A DNA stretch of 64,000 nt from the NCBI RefSeq assembly GCF_023208015.1, contig NZ_CP051627.1, positions 3,452,422 to 3,516,421 of the forward strand, written 5' to 3'. Positions within the stretch are counted from its first letter, which is position 1, and each line of letters starts with the position of its first letter. Of the stretch, positions 1 to 13,000 are shown piece after piece. Position numbers and translations under genes: made by a program. Source of the DNA: Thermobifida alba (GTDB lineage Bacteria; Actinomycetota; Actinomycetes; Streptosporangiales; Streptosporangiaceae). Below the pieces are notes generated by a model. It saw only the letters and a program-made list of their open reading frames with translations. It did no database searches and was not told the origin of the DNA.

Positions 1-3000
1 AGCGTGCCGTCGTAGCGGCGGCCGAGCGTGCGCAGCCCCGCCAGGACGTCGGCGGGCACCTCGAAGCTCCGGGTGGCGCCCGCCGTGCCGCGCACCGGGG
101 GCCGCGGACGGTCGGTGGGCAGTTCCAGCGGGACCGCGCCGTCGAGGTGCTCCCGCCAGTGCTCCAGGCCGCCGGCGAACTCGGCGCTGTCGAGGTAGCG
201 CTCCTGCCACACCGCGTAGTCGGCGTACTGGAGGGGAGCGGGGTCCAGCCCCGCGCGGTCGGCCAGCCGGTCGGCGGACTCGCCGGGATGGGCGGCCGCC
301 GCGCTGTAGAGGGCGCCGAGTTCGCGGGTGAGCACCGACATCGACCAGGCGTCCGTGACGATGTGGTGGAGGACGAGCAGCAGCACGTGCTCCTCTTCGG
401 CCGTCCGCGCCAGCAGCATCCGCACGGGCGGTCGCGCGTCGAGTTCGAAGGGCGTGTTCACCTGTTCGGCGAGCCGCCGTTCCAGTTCGGCGTCCCGGTC
501 GGGGTGCGCCGACAGGTCCGCGACCTCCAGGGGCGCGCCCGCCGGCGGGTGCACCACCTGCACGGGGCGGCCGCCGCGGTCGTGGAAGGTGGTGCGCAGC
601 GCCTCGTGCCGGTGGACCAGCGCGTCGAGCGCGGTCCGCAGGGCCGTGGCGTCGAGGGGGCCGGTCAGCCGCAGCGCGCCGCCGGAGTTGTACTCGGCTC
701 CGCCCGACTCGTAGCGGTCGAGGAACCACAGGCGGCGCTGCGCGGCGGACATCGGCAGCTCCCCGTCCCGGGGGACGGGGGTGATACGGGACACCGGTCC
801 GGCGGTTCCGGCGGAGCGCAGCGCCTCCGCGAGTCCGGCGACGGTGGGGCGGTCGAAGACGGTGCGCGGGGGCAGGCGCACCCCGAAGACGTCGGCGATC
901 CGGGAGACCAGCCGGATCGCGCCGACCGAGTCGCCTCCGGAGCGGAAGAAGTCGTCGTGGACGCCGACCTCCGCCACGCCGAGCAGGTCGGTCCACAGGT
1001 CGGCGAGCCGCTGTTCGGTGTCGTCGCGCGGGGCGGTGTACCCGGCGCCGCCGCTCCAGTCGACGGCGGGCAGCGCGCGGCGGTCCACCTTGCCGTTGGC
1101 GTTCAGCGGGATCGTGTCGACGGGGACGACCGCGGCGGGGACCATGTGGTCGGGGAGCACGTCGGCGGCGCGTTTCCGCAGCAGTTCGGGGTCGGCCGCG
1201 TCGTCGGTCGCGGGCACCGCGTAGCCGACCAGCCGCCTGCCGAGGGGGGTGCGGTCCACGACCACCACCGCCTGGGCGATCTCGGGCAGGGCGGTGAGCG
1301 CGGTCTCGACCTCCCCCGGCTCGATCCGGAACCCGCGGATCTTGACCTGGTCGTCCACACGCCCCAGGAACTCCAGCTCACCGTCGGCACGCACCCGCAC
1401 CAGATCCCCCGACCGGTACATCCGGGCCCCGGGAGGACCGAAGGGATCAGCCACGAACCGCGACGCGGTCAACCCCGACCGACCGTGGTACCCACGCGCC
1501 ACCCCCTCCCCCGCGATGTACAACTCCCCCGACACCCCCGCACCCACCGGACGCAGCCAGTCGTCGAGCACGTACACCCGGGTTCCGGCCACCGGGTCGC
1601 CGAGGGGCGGTGCCGTGTCGCCGCTGAGGGGGGCGCTCATGGTGGCGCACACGGTCGCCTCGGTGGGGCCGTAGCCGTTGAACACGCGCCGTCCCGGGGC
1701 GAACCGCGCCACCTGTTCGGCGGGGCACGCCTCACCCGCGACGATCAGGTCGGTGACCGGGCCCAGGTCGTCGGGGGAGAGGCCGGGCAGGACCGCGGGC
1801 GGCAGGGTGACGTGGGTGATGCGGTACCCGCGCAGCACGGCGGGCAGTCCGTCGCCGAGGACGCGGTCCCGGGGCAGCATGACCACGGTGCCGCCGTTGA
1901 GGAGGGCCACGACCAGCTCGGCGATGGCCGCGTCGAAGCTGGGGGAGGCGAACTGCAGCAGGCGGGTTCCGGGGCCGACCTCCATCCGCCGTCCCTGGGT
2001 GTGGGCGAGGGCGGCGATGCCGCGGTGGGTCACCACCACCCCCTTGGGGGTCCCGGTGGAACCGGACGTGTAGATGACGTAGGCCGCGTCGTCCAGGCCC
2101 GTCCCGTCGGCGGCGGGCGCGGCCTCCCCGGTGGTCCTCTCCTCGTCCGGGCGCAGCACCGCGGTCCCGTCCGGCACCCGGTCGGCGGTGCGCGCGTCCG
2201 CCACCACCAGCCGGGCCCCGGCGTCCGCCACCATGAACTCCAGCCGCTCCCCCGGATACGCCGGGTCCAGCGGCAGGTACACGCCCCCCGCGCGCACCAC
2301 CGCCAGCAGCGCCACCACCGAGTCCGCGCCCCGCTCCAGGCACACCCCGACCCGGTCGCCCCGGCCCACGCCCCGCGCACGCAGCCCCGCGGCCAGCCGC
2401 TCCACCCGTTCCGCCAGCTCCGCGTAGGTGAGTTCACGCTCGGCGTCGACAACGGCGACGGCGTCGGGGTGGGCGGCGACCACGTCGGCGAACAGGTGCG
2501 GCAGGGGACGCGGCGCGGGAGCGGGCGCTCCTGGCCGGATTCCCTCCGCCTCGTGGGAGGGGCCGGTCCGGTGCAGCGGCCGCGGATCGCGCACCGCGGC
2601 GAAGACCGCACGCAGGTCCGCGGTCAGCGCCTCGACGGTGGCGCGGTCGAAGATCTCGGTGTTGTACTCGACGGCAGCCTCGATCCCGTCGTCCCGGGGG
2701 TGGAACTCGGCGGTCAGGTCGAACACCGAGTCGCGGCGCCGCACCGGGAACGGCCGGGCGTCCAGGCCGCCCAGCGAGGCCGGGGCGTCGCCTCCGGCGT
2801 TCTGCAGCACCACCGCGGCCTGCACCAGCGGTGGGACGGCCGGGTCGCGTTCGTCCAGCACCGCGTCCACGACGACGTCGAACGGCACCCCGGCGTGGTC
2901 GAGGTCGGTGAGCACGTCGTCGCGGACGCGTTCCAGGAACTCACCGAAGGAGAGCCGCTCGTCGACGGTGCCGCGCAGCGCGACCGTGTTGACGAAGAAC

Positions 3001-4013
3001 CCGACGGCGTCGTGCAGGCGCGGGTCGTCACGGCCGGCGGTGACCGTGCCGAGCACCACGTCGTCGGCGCGGGTCCAGCGCGCCATGGCCAGGCGCATTC
3101 CGGCGACCAGGACGGTGAAGAGGTTCGCGCCGTGCTCGCGGGCGGTCTGCTCCATGGCCGCGGCGGTGTCGGCGGGGATTCGGAAGGAGACCGAGTCGCC
3201 GCTGCCGCCGCGCACCGGCGGGCGGGGCCGGTCGGTGGGGAACTGGAGGGGCTCGGCTCCGGCGAGCCGGTCGCGCCAGTAGGCGACGGACCGCTCGTGG
3301 CGCTCGCCGCTGAGCCGGCCGCGCTGCCAGGAGGCGTAGTCGGCGTACTGGAGGGGAGGGTCCGCCAGTGACGCGGCGGCGAGCAGGTCCGCTCCCCGCA
3401 GGCCGGGGGCGGCGGCGGCCGCCGTGTACAGCCGGTCCAGTTCGCCGCGGAGCAGGCCGATGGACCAGCCGTCGGTGACGATGTGGTGCATGACCGCGAG
3501 GAGCACGTGCCGGTCGGCGGCGACGCGGACCACGTGGAACCGCAGCGGCGGCCCGGTCTCCAGGTCGAAGGGGCGGGCGTAGCACTCGTCGACGAGGGCG
3601 CGCAGGGCCTCCTCGCCTCCCGGGGGTGCCGGCACGACGTCGACCGCCGCGTCCGTGGGCGCGTGCACGACCTGGACGCCTTCGCCGTCCACCTCGTGGA
3701 AGGTGGTGCGCAGCGACTCGTGCCGGTGGACCAGGGCGGTGGCCGCCCGGCGCAGCGCGTCCTCGTCGAGGCCGCCGCGCAGGTCGAGGGCGAAACCCGA
3801 GTTGTAGTCGGTGCGTCCGGGGTTCATCCGGTCGAGGAACCACAGGCGCTGCTGGGCGTGCGACAGCGGCAGCGGGGCGTCCCGGGACACCCGGGGGATC
3901 TCCGCGGTGCGTTCGCGCCGCGCCGCCAGTCGCCGCCGCATCTCCTCCTGGAGCCGGGTCCTGGTCGCGGCATCGGTCTGACCGGTGCGATTCGTCGCGC
4001 GGTCGACGGTCAT
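1..4013 (-). CDS. Non-ribosomal peptide synthetase, 5'-partial in window (continues past position 1). C-A-T-C... Start ATG at 4011-4013 (reverse strand), preceded by GGAGGAG.
   Basis: Reverse-strand translation from 4013 gives MTVDRATNR...[24 protein letters not shown] (LCL-type C-domain C1 motif). HHIVTDGWS (C3) follows. An A domain follows (SGSTG...; [30 protein letters not shown] at ~1440-1380, verified codon by codon), then T (GGDS), then a second C domain towards position 1. Not in the ORF track because it has no in-window stop. Confidence 0.9.
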   Translation of the reverse strand, partial: MTVDRATNRTGQTDAATRTRLQEEMRRRLAARRERTAEIPRVSRDAPLPLSHAQQRLWFLDRMNPGRTDYNSGFALDLRGGLDEDALRRAATALVHRHESLRTTFHEVDGEGVQVVHAPTDAAVDVVPAPPGGEEALRALVDECYARPFDLETGPPLRFHVVRVAADRHVLLAVMHHIVTDGWSIGLLRGELDRLYTAAAAAPGLRGADLLAAASLADPPLQYADYASWQRGRLSGERHERSVAYWRDRLAGAEPLQFPTDRPRPPVRGGSGDSVSFRIPADTAAAMEQTAREHGANLFTVLVAGMRLAMARWTRADDVVLGTVTAGRDDPRLHDAVGFFVNTVALRGTVDERLSFGEFLERVRDDVLTDLDHAGVPFDVVVDAVLDERDPAVPPLVQAAVVLQNAGGDAPASLGGLDARPFPVRRRDSVFDLTAEFHPRDDGIEAAVEYNTEIFDRATVEALTADLRAVFAAVRDPRPLHRTGPSHEAEGIRPGAPAPAPRPLPHLFADVVAAHPDAVAVVDAERELTYAELAERVERLAAGLRARGVGRGDRVGVCLERGADSVVALLAVVRAGGVYLPLDPAYPGERLEFMVADAGARLVVADARTADRVPDGTAVLRPDEERTTGEAAPAADGTGLDDAAYVIYTSGSTGTPKGVVVTHRGIAALAHTQGRRMEVGPGTRLLQFASPSFDAAIAELVVALLNGGTVVMLPRDRVLGDGLPAVLRGYRITHVTLPPAVLPGLSPDDLGPVTDLIVAGEACPAEQVARFAPGRRVFNGYGPTEATVCATMSAPLSGDTAPPLGDPVAGTRVYVLDDWLRPVGAGVSGELYIAGEGVARGYHGRSGLTASRFVADPFGPPGARMYRSGDLVRVRADGELEFLGRVDDQVKIRGFRIEPGEVETALTALPEIAQAVVVVDRTPLGRRLVGYAVPATDDAADPELLRKRAADVLPDHMVPAAVVPVDTIPLNANGKVDRRALPAVDWSGGAGYTAPRDDTEQRLADLWTDLLGVAEVGVHDDFFRSGGDSVGAIRLVSRIADVFGVRLPPRTVFDRPTVAGLAEALRSAGTAGPVSRITPVPRDGELPMSAAQRRLWFLDRYESGGAEYNSGGALRLTGPLDATALRTALDALVHRHEALRTTFHDRGGRPVQVVHPPAGAPLEVADLSAHPDRDAELERRLAEQVNTPFELDARPPVRMLLARTAEEEHVLLLVLHHIVTDAWSMSVLTRELGALYSAAAAHPGESADRLADRAGLDPAPLQYADYAVWQERYLDSAEFAGGLEHWREHLDGAVPLELPTDRPRPPVRGTAGATRSFEVPADVLAGLRTLGRRYDGT

Positions 4014-4072
4014 GGGGTCTGCTCCTCCGCTGGTGGGGTCGTGGGTCGGTGACAGGCGGTGTCCCGGCGGGA

Positions 4073-7000
4073 TCAGTCGGTCATCTCCTTCAGGACGGCT
4101 TCTTCGACCGCGGCCGCGAACTCGCGGAGGGTGGGGTGGTCGAACACCGTCCGGGTGGGGACGCGCACCCCGAAGGCGGACTCGATTCCGGAGACGACCC
4201 GGATTCCGGCCACCGAGTCGCCGCCGATGTCGAAGAAGTTGTCGCGCGCGCCGACCCGCTCCCGGCCCAGGGCTTCGGCCCACAGTTGCGCGACGACCTC
4301 CTCGGTGACGGTCTCGGGCGGTTCGTAGGGGGCCGCGGAGGAGCCGTCCGGTCGGGGCAGGGCGCGGCGGTCCACCTTGCCGTTGCGGTTGAGCGGCAGC
4401 TCGTCGAGGAGCAGCAGCGTCGCGGGAACCATGTAGGCGGGCAGGGAGCGCGCCAGTTCCGCGGTGACGGCGTCGGGGTCGGGGGCGGCGCCGGGCTCGG
4501 GGACGAGGTAGCCGACCAGTGTCCGCGACCCCGAGGGCGTGTCGACGACGGCGGCCGCGGCGTGGGCGACCCCCGGGCACGCGGCGAGCGCGTTCTCGAT
4601 CTCCCCGAGTTCGATGCGGTGGCCGCGCAGTTTGATCTGGCCGTCGGCGCGGCCCAGGAATTCGATGCGGCCGTCGGCGTTCCACCGCACCAGGTCGCCG
4701 GTGCGGTAGAGCCGTCCTCCGGGGGTGAAGGGGTCGGCCACGAACCGTTCGGCGGTCAGTCCGGGCCGTCCCTCGTAGCCGCGGGCGGTCCCGTGTCCGG
4801 CCAGGTACAGTTCGCCCACCGCGCCGACGGGGACCGGGTGCAGGAAGTCGTCCAGCACGTGCGCGCGGGTGCCGTCCATCGGGCGGCCGATGGGGGCCGC
4901 TCCGTGCTCGGCCTCGGCCGCGCTGATGGGGGTGCAGGTGGCGAAGGTGGTCGTCTCGGTCGGCCCGTAGACGTGCACCACCTCGGTGTCGGGGCAGGCG
5001 GCCAGGACCTTGGCGAAGGACGCCGGGTGGGCGGCCTCACCGCCGGTCCACACCTCGCGCAGCCCGGTGAAGCACCCGGGGTCCTGCTGGGCGAACAGGT
5101 TGAACAGGGCGGTGGTGAGGAAGACCGCGGTCACGCCGTGGTCGCGGACGCAGCGGCGGAGCGTGTCGGCGGTGACGTCGTCGGGCGGGGCGACCACGAC
5201 GGTGCCGCCGCCCAGCAGCGGTGCCCAGATCTCGTAGGTCGCGGCGTCGAACGCGTGCGGGGAGTGCCACAGGACGCGTTCGTGGCCGGACGTCCAGTGC
5301 CGGTCGCGGGCCAGGGCGACGATGTTGCCGTGGTCGACCACGACGCCCTTGGGGACGCCGGTGGAGCCGGAGGTGAACATCGTGTACGCGGCCGTGGCGG
5401 GGGAGACCGGCACGGTGTCGGCCGCGGGGCCGGGGTCGGGGCCCTGCGGGGTGCGGGGGCCGAACTCGACGACGGGGACGGCCGGTTCGCCGGGGAGGCG
5501 GTCGCGCAGGTCCGGGTCGACGACCGCGGCGCGGGCGCCGGTGTCGGTGAGGACGCGGGCGATCCGGTCGGGCGGGAAGTCCACGTGCACCGGGACGTAG
5601 GCGGCTCCGGTCTTGAGGACGGCGAGCATGGCGACGACGGTCCGCGGTGACCGGGGCATGAGGAGCAGCACCCGGTCCTCGCGGCCGACGCCGTGGCCGC
5701 GCAGCCGCGCCGCGAACCGGTCGGCGGCGGCGTCGAGTTCGGCGTAGCTGAGGGCGCCGCCGTCCCAGACCAGGGCGGGCGCGTCGGGCCGTTCGGCGGC
5801 CTGCGCGGCGAACAGGTCGGTGACCGACCGGGTCGGCGGCTGCGCCTGGGGGCCGTGGACGACGTCGGGGCCCGGTGCGGCGGTGGTGCGCCGCAGCCGT
5901 CCCAGGGGCGCATCGGGGTCGGCGGCGAGTCCGGCGAGGACGTCGACCAGGTCGCTGAGCAGGCGGTGGGCGGTGTCGGTGTGGAAGGCCGACGGGTCGT
6001 GGCCGAGCAGCAGGCGGATGTGGTCGCCGTCGTAGGCGGCCAGGGTCAGGGGATAGTTGGTGGCCTCGTCGGCGTCGACCCGCTCCACGGTGATGCCGTG
6101 GGCCCGGGCCGCCTCGGTGTCCACCGGATAGTTCTCGAACACCACCAGACTGTCGAACAACGGCGTCTGCGCACCCAGCGTCTCGGCCTGGATACGGTGC
6201 AACGGCACATGGTCGTACTCACGCGCCTCCAACTGCGCCTCCTGCAGAGCACGCAGCCACCGGACCACCGGCACCCCCGGCTCCACCCCCACCCGCACCG
6301 GCAGCGTGTTGATGAACAGGCCCACCGCCGAGTCCATGCCCGCCACCTCGGCACGACGCCCCGACGTCGTCGCCCCGAACACCACGTCACGCTGCCCCGA
6401 CCACGCCGACAACACCAACGCCCACGCCCCCTGAACCAGGGTGTTCAGCGTGATGCGACGGGAACGGGCGAAGTCGCGCAGTCTCCGGGTCTGTTCGACG
6501 GACAGTTCGCGGGGCAGGCGCGCGGTGGAGCGGGCGGTGCGTACGTCGCGGGGCGCCTGGTCGTAGGGCAGCGCCGTGGGCCCCTCGACCCCCTCCAAAA
6601 CCCGCCGCCAGTACGCCAGCCCCGACTCGGTGTCCCGCCCGGACAACCACTCCAGATGGTCGGCGAACGGCCGACGCCGCGGCAGCTCCTCCCCCGCATA
6701 CGCCGCGAACACGTCCGACAGCACCAGCGGCAGACTCCACCCGTCCAACAACAGATGGTGGAACGTCCACACCACCACCACACGGCCCCCGGCCAACCGC
6801 ACCAACCCCACACGCACGGGGGGTTCGTCGGCGAGGCGGAACTCCCGGGCCCTGTCCTCGGCCAGGAACTCCCTCAGGGCGGTGTCCCGGTCGCAGTGGC
6901 GCCGGTCGTGCACGGTCACCGACGCCTCCCGGTTCTGGTGGACCACTTGGACGGGGGAGTCCAGCCCCTCCCAGACCACCGTGGTCCGCAGCACCGGCGT

Positions 7001-10000
7001 TGCCCGGATCACCCGCCGCCACGCCCCGGCCAACCGCTCCACATCGTCCACCCCGGACAACTCCACGACCACCTGCTCCAGGTAGGCCGCCGAATCCGGC
7101 TCCAACAACGAGTGGAACAGCATCCCCTCCTGCATCGGCGTCAACGGCAACACGTCGACCACACCACGCCCGTCACCGACCAACCGGTCCACCCGCGCCT
7201 GGTCCAACGCCACCAACGGAAAGTCCGACGGCGTCGCACCCCCCACACCCCCGGACCGGCACAACTCCACCAACGCGACCACCTCGGCCACGAACCGCTC
7301 CGCCACCGCCACCACCGTCTCCCGGTCGTGGATCTCGTGCGAGTAGGCCCAGTCGAAGACGAGGCGGTCGCCGTCGTGGCGTCCGACGACGTCGATCAGG
7401 TGGGCCCTGGGGTGGTCGGGGTCCTGGGTGCCGCGCAGTACGGCCGAGGTGAAGGGCGTGCCGGTGGCGGTGTCGAAGCGGCCGAGGTAGTTGAAGCCGA
7501 CCGCAGGCACCGGAACCCGACCCAGCACCTCCCGCGCCCGCTCACCCCCCAGATAACGCAGCGCCCCGAACCCCACCCCCCGGTTCGGCACCGCACGCAA
7601 CGCCTCCTTGGTCCGCTTCAACAGCACCACCGGATCGGCGTCGTCCTCCAACGCCACCGGATACACACTGGTGAACCAGCCCACCGTCCGCGAGACATCC
7701 ACCCCGTCGAACAACTCCTCGCGGCCGTGGCCCTCCACATCCACCAACACCCGGCCCGCACCGGTCCACCCGCACAACACCCGACCCAACGCCGCCAGCA
7801 GCACATCGTCCACCCGCGCCCGAAACACCGACGCAGCCCCCCGCAACAACCCCTCCACGACATCGGGGGGAAGCGCGACCGACACCGTGCGCTGGGTGGA
7901 GACGGTGTTGGCTCCGTCGGCGTCCACCGGCACCTCGGCTTCGGCGTCGTCGGCGGCGACGGCAGTCCAGTGGTCGAGTTCGGTGTCGAAACCGCCCGCG
8001 GCGGTGAACTCCACCAACCGCCGCGCCCACTCCGCGAACGCCGTACTCCCCGCCCCCAGATCCACCGGCTCACCAGCCACCGCACTCCGGTAACCAGCCG
8101 CCAGATCCTCCAACAACACCCGCCACGACACCCCGTCCACCACCAGGTGGTGCGCCGCCAACAACAACCGCGCCCCCCGCACACCCCCGTCGAACACCAC
8201 CGCCCGCACCACGGGGCCGTCCGTCAGCGACAGTTCGGCCTCCACCCGGGCGGCGGTCTCGGCGATCACCGTGTCGGGGTCGTCCGCGGCGTCGAGGGTC
8301 ACGGTCTCGACGGCGGGGGCGGCCGCGGCGTCGTCGATGCGTGCCGCACCGTCCTCGACACGCAGTCGGAGCATGGCGTGCCGGTCGGCCAGCGCGGCCA
8401 CCGCCACCCCCAACGCCTCCCGGTCCACCCCCTCGACCAGATCCACCAGCACCGACATCGCGAAATGGTCCACACCGGCCGCATACACGTCGAAGAACCA
8501 CCGCATGATCGGCGTCAACGGCACCGGACCCGACACCGCCCCGCCGTCCACCCCACCCCCGGCAGCCTCCTCAACCACCGCCACCTCGGCCAACGCCGCC
8601 ACACACTGCCGCGCGAACACATCCCGCGACGTCACCACCACACCCTCACGCCGCGCCCGCGCCACCACCTGCAAACTCAGAATCGAATCCCCGCCCAACG
8701 CGAAGAAGTTGTCGTACACACCAACCCGATCCACCCCCAACACCACCGCGAACACCTCCGCCAACACCCGCTCCACCCCACTACGCGGAGCCACATACTC
8801 ATCGGCGGCGTTCGCGTTCCAGTCGGGTTCGGGGAGCGCGGACCGGTCCACCTTGCCGTTGCGGGTGACCGGGACGGTGTCGAGGACGAGCACGGAGTCG
8901 GGGACCATGGCGGGCGGCAGCGAGGCGGTGAGGGCCGAACGCAGTTCGGCGGCGTCCAGTTCGGTCTCCGCCTCCGCGACGACGTAGCCGACGAGGCGGC
9001 TCGCGTTCCGGTGGTCGGAGCGGACCACGGCCACGGCCTGGCGGACTCCGGGCAGCGCGGTGAGTGCTGCCTCGACCTCGCCGAGTTCGATCCGCACGCC
9101 GCGCACCTTGACCTGGTCGTCGGCGCGGCCGGCGAACTCCAGCTCGCCGTCGGCGTTCCACCGCACCAGGTCCCCGGTCCGGTAGAGCCGCCCACCCGAG
9201 GAGAACGGATCCGCCACGAACCGCGACGCGGTCAGCCCCGGACGACCGTGGTACCCACGCGCCACCCCGGCACCACCCACATACAGCTCACCGACCACCC
9301 CCACGGGCACCGGACGCAGAAAACCGTCCAGCACGTAGACCCGGGTGCCGAGGATCGGGCTGCCGATCGGCGGGGTCCGCCCCGGTGCGAGGGGTCCGCT
9401 GAGGGTGGCGGCGACGGTGATCTCGGTGGGGCCGTAGGCGTTGACCATCCTGCGGCCCGGCGCCCAGCGGCGCACCAGGTCGGCCGAGCACGCCTCCGCG
9501 CCGACGACGAGCGTGCGCAGGTCGGGGAAGTCGCCCTCGGGCACGGTGGCCAGCACGGACGGCGGGATGATGGTGAGGTTGACGCGGTGGTCGCGCAGCA
9601 CGTCGGCGAGGTCGTCCCCGACGAGCCCGCCCGGCGGCGGGAGGACCAGCGCGGCTCCGGCGCCGAACGCCATCAGCACCTCCATCACGGAGGCGTCGAA
9701 GCTGGCGGAGGCCAGTTGCAGCACCCGGAAGCCGGGTTCGGTGCCGAACCGGTCGCGCATGGCGGCGGCGAGTTCGGCGATGCCGCGGTGGGTCACCACC
9801 ACCCCCTTGGGGGTCCCGGTGGAACCGGACGTGTAGATCAGGTAGGCGGCGTCGTCCAGGGTGAGGTCCGGGCGCGGCGCACGCGGCGGCGCGTCCGCCG
9901 GGTCGGACAGGGTCACCCGGCGCACCCCGGCGGGCAGGTCGAGGGCGTCGTCACCGGTGACGACGGTGTCGGTGCCGGAGTCGTCGACCATGAACGCCAG

Positions 10001-13000
10001 CCGGTCGGCGGGGTAGTCGGGATCCAGCGGCAGGTAGACCGCCCCGATCCGGACCGCGGCGAGCAGCGCGGTGACCAGGTCCGGGCCTCGTTCCAGGCAG
10101 ACGCCCACGACGGAGCCGCGTCCCACGCCCAGGGCGGCGAGCCGGTCGGCGAACCGGTCGGCGGCGGCGTCGAGTTCGGCGTAGCTGAGGGCGCCGCCGT
10201 CCCAGACCAGGGCGGGCGCGTCGGGCCGTTCGGCGGCCTGCGCGGCGAACAGGTCGACCAGGGTCTGCGCGCGCAGCGGTCCGGGGTCGGCGTTCCACTC
10301 GGTGAGCACGCGGGCGCGCTCGTCGGGGTCCTGGAGGGGCAGGGCCGCGAGTCCGCGTCCGGGGTCGGCGGTCAGTTCGCGCAGCAGCCGTGCCACCCGG
10401 TCCAGCAGCTGGCGGGCGGTGTCGGCGTGGAACGCGGACGGATCGTACCTGAGGTGCAGGCGGATGTGGTCGCCGTCGTAGGCGGCCAGGGTCAGGGGAT
10501 AGTTGGTGGCCTCGTCGGCGTCGACCCGCTCCACGGTGATGCCGTGGGCCCGGGCCGCCTCGGTGTCCACCGGATAGTTCTCGAACACCACCAGACTGTC
10601 GAACAACGGCGTCTGCGCACCCAGCGTCTCGGCCTGGATACGGTGCAACGGCACATGGTCGTACTCACGCGCCTCCAACTGCGCCTCCTGCAGAGCACGC
10701 AGCCACCGGACCACCGGCACCCCCGGCTCCACCCCCACCCGCACCGGCAGCGTGTTGATGAACAGGCCCACCGCCGAGTCCATGCCCGCCACCTCGGCAC
10801 GACGCCCCGACGTCGTCGCCCCGAACACCACGTCACGCTGCCCCGACCACGCCGACAACACCAACGCCCACGCCCCCTGAACCAGGGTGTTGACCGTCAT
10901 CCGGTGGGTTCGGGCGAACCGGTGGAGGGCAGCGGTGTCCTGCTGGGGGAGGTGGTGCTCGATCCGTGCGGTGGAGCGGGCGGTGCGTACGTCGCGGGGC
11001 GCCTGGTCGTAGGGCAGCGCCGTGGGCCCCTCGACCCCCTCCAAAACCCGCCGCCAGTACGCCAGCCCCGACTCGGTGTCCCGCCCGGACAACCACTCCA
11101 GATGGTCGGCGAACGGCCGACGCCGCGGCAGCTCCTCCCCCGCATACGCCGCGAACACGTCCGACAGCACCAGCGGCAGACTCCACCCGTCCAACAACAG
11201 ATGGTGGAACGTCCACACCACCACCACACGGCCCCCGGCCAACCGCACCAACCCCACACGCACGGGAGGACGGGACCACGTGTCCATGCCTTCGGCCCGG
11301 TCCGCGGCGAGGTACTGCTCCAGGTGGGCACGCCGGGAGTCGGCGTCGTGGTCGCTGAGGTCGTGGACGCGCACCTCCGGTTCGGTGCTGCGGTGGACCA
11401 CTTGGACGGGGGAGTCCAGCCCCTCCCAGACCACCGTGGTCCGCAGCACCGGCGTCGCCCGGATCACCCGCCGCCACGCCCCGGCCAACCGCTCCACATC
11501 GTCCACCCCGGACAACTCCACGACCACCTGCTCCAGGTAGGCCGCCGAATCCGGCTCCAACAACGAGTGGAACAGCATCCCCTCCTGCATCGGCGTCAAC
11601 GGCAACACGTCGACCACACCACGCCCGTCACCGACCAACCGGTCCACCCGCGCCTGGTCCAACGCCACCAACGGAAAGTCCGACGGCGTCGCACCCCCCA
11701 CACCCCCGGACCGGCACAACTCCACCAACGCGACCACCTCGGCCACGAACCGCTCCGCCACCGCCACCACCGTCTCCCGGTCGTGCAGCGCCTCGGAGTA
11801 GATCCAGTCGAAGACGAGGCGGTCCTCGACGACCCTGCCGACGACGTCGAGCACGTGCGGGCGGGGCGAGTCGGGCGCGTACTCGCCTCCGGGGTTGAGG
11901 GTCAGCCCGGCGACCGGTCCGTTGTCGCTCTCGGTGTCGAAGCGGCCGAGGTAGTTGAAGCCGACCGCAGGCACCGGAACCCGACCCAGCACCTCCCGCG
12001 CCCGCTCACCCCCCAGATAACGCAGCGCCCCGAACCCCACCCCCCGGTTCGGCACCGCACGCAACGCCTCCTTGGTCCGCTTCAACAGCACCACCGGATC
12101 GGCGTCGTCCTCCAACGCCACCGGATACACACTGGTGAACCAGCCCACCGTCCGCGAGACATCCACCCCGTCGAACAACTCCTCGCGGCCGTGGCCCTCC
12201 ACATCCACCAACACCCGGCCCGCACCGGTCCACCCGCACAACACCCGACCCAACGCCGCCAGCAGCACATCGTCCACCCGCGCCCGAAACACCGACGCAG
12301 CCCCCCGCAACAACCCCTCCACGGCAGGGGAGGGGACCTCCACGGTGACGGTGCGCTGCGTCGCGGCGGTCGCGGTGCGTCCGCCGGGGGCGGGAAGGTC
12401 GGTGTCGAGGGGGACGTCGGGCTCCGCGCCGGCGGCGACGGCAGTCCAGTGGTCGAGTTCGGTGTCGAAGCCGCCCGCGGCGGTGAACTCCACCAACCGC
12501 CGCGCCCACTCCGCGAACGCCGTACTCCCCGCCCCCAGATCCACCGGCTCACCAGCCACCGCACTCCGGTAACCAGCCGCCAGATCCTCCAACAACACCC
12601 GCCACGACACCCCGTCCACCACCAGGTGGTGCGCCGCCAACAACAACCGCGCCCCCCGCACACCCCCGTCGAACACCACCGCCCGCACCACGGGTCCCTT
12701 CGCCGGGGAGAGGGACGCGTGCACCTGGTGGATGCGGGTCTGCAGGGCCTCGTCGGCCTGTTCGGGGGCGAGGCCGGACAGGTCGACGGTTTCCAGGGTG
12801 AGGTCGGCGGGTTCGGCGGGCAGCCACGCCCGGTCGCCGTCGGCGCGCAGTCGGAGCATGGCGTGCCGGTCGGCCAGCGCGGCCACCGCCACCCCCAACG
12901 CCTCCCGGTCCACCCCCTCGACCAGATCCACCAGCACCGACATCGCGAAATGGTCCACACCGGCCGCATACACGTCGAAGAACCACCGCATGATCGGCGT

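Noticed and set aside
147-3371. 1074-aa '+' ORF in the track
   Set aside because: Arg/Gly/Pro/His-rich nonsense translation with no recognisable motifs. It is the antisense shadow of the minus-strand NRPS (C and A domain motifs read cleanly on the reverse strand in a frame that runs off the window edge).
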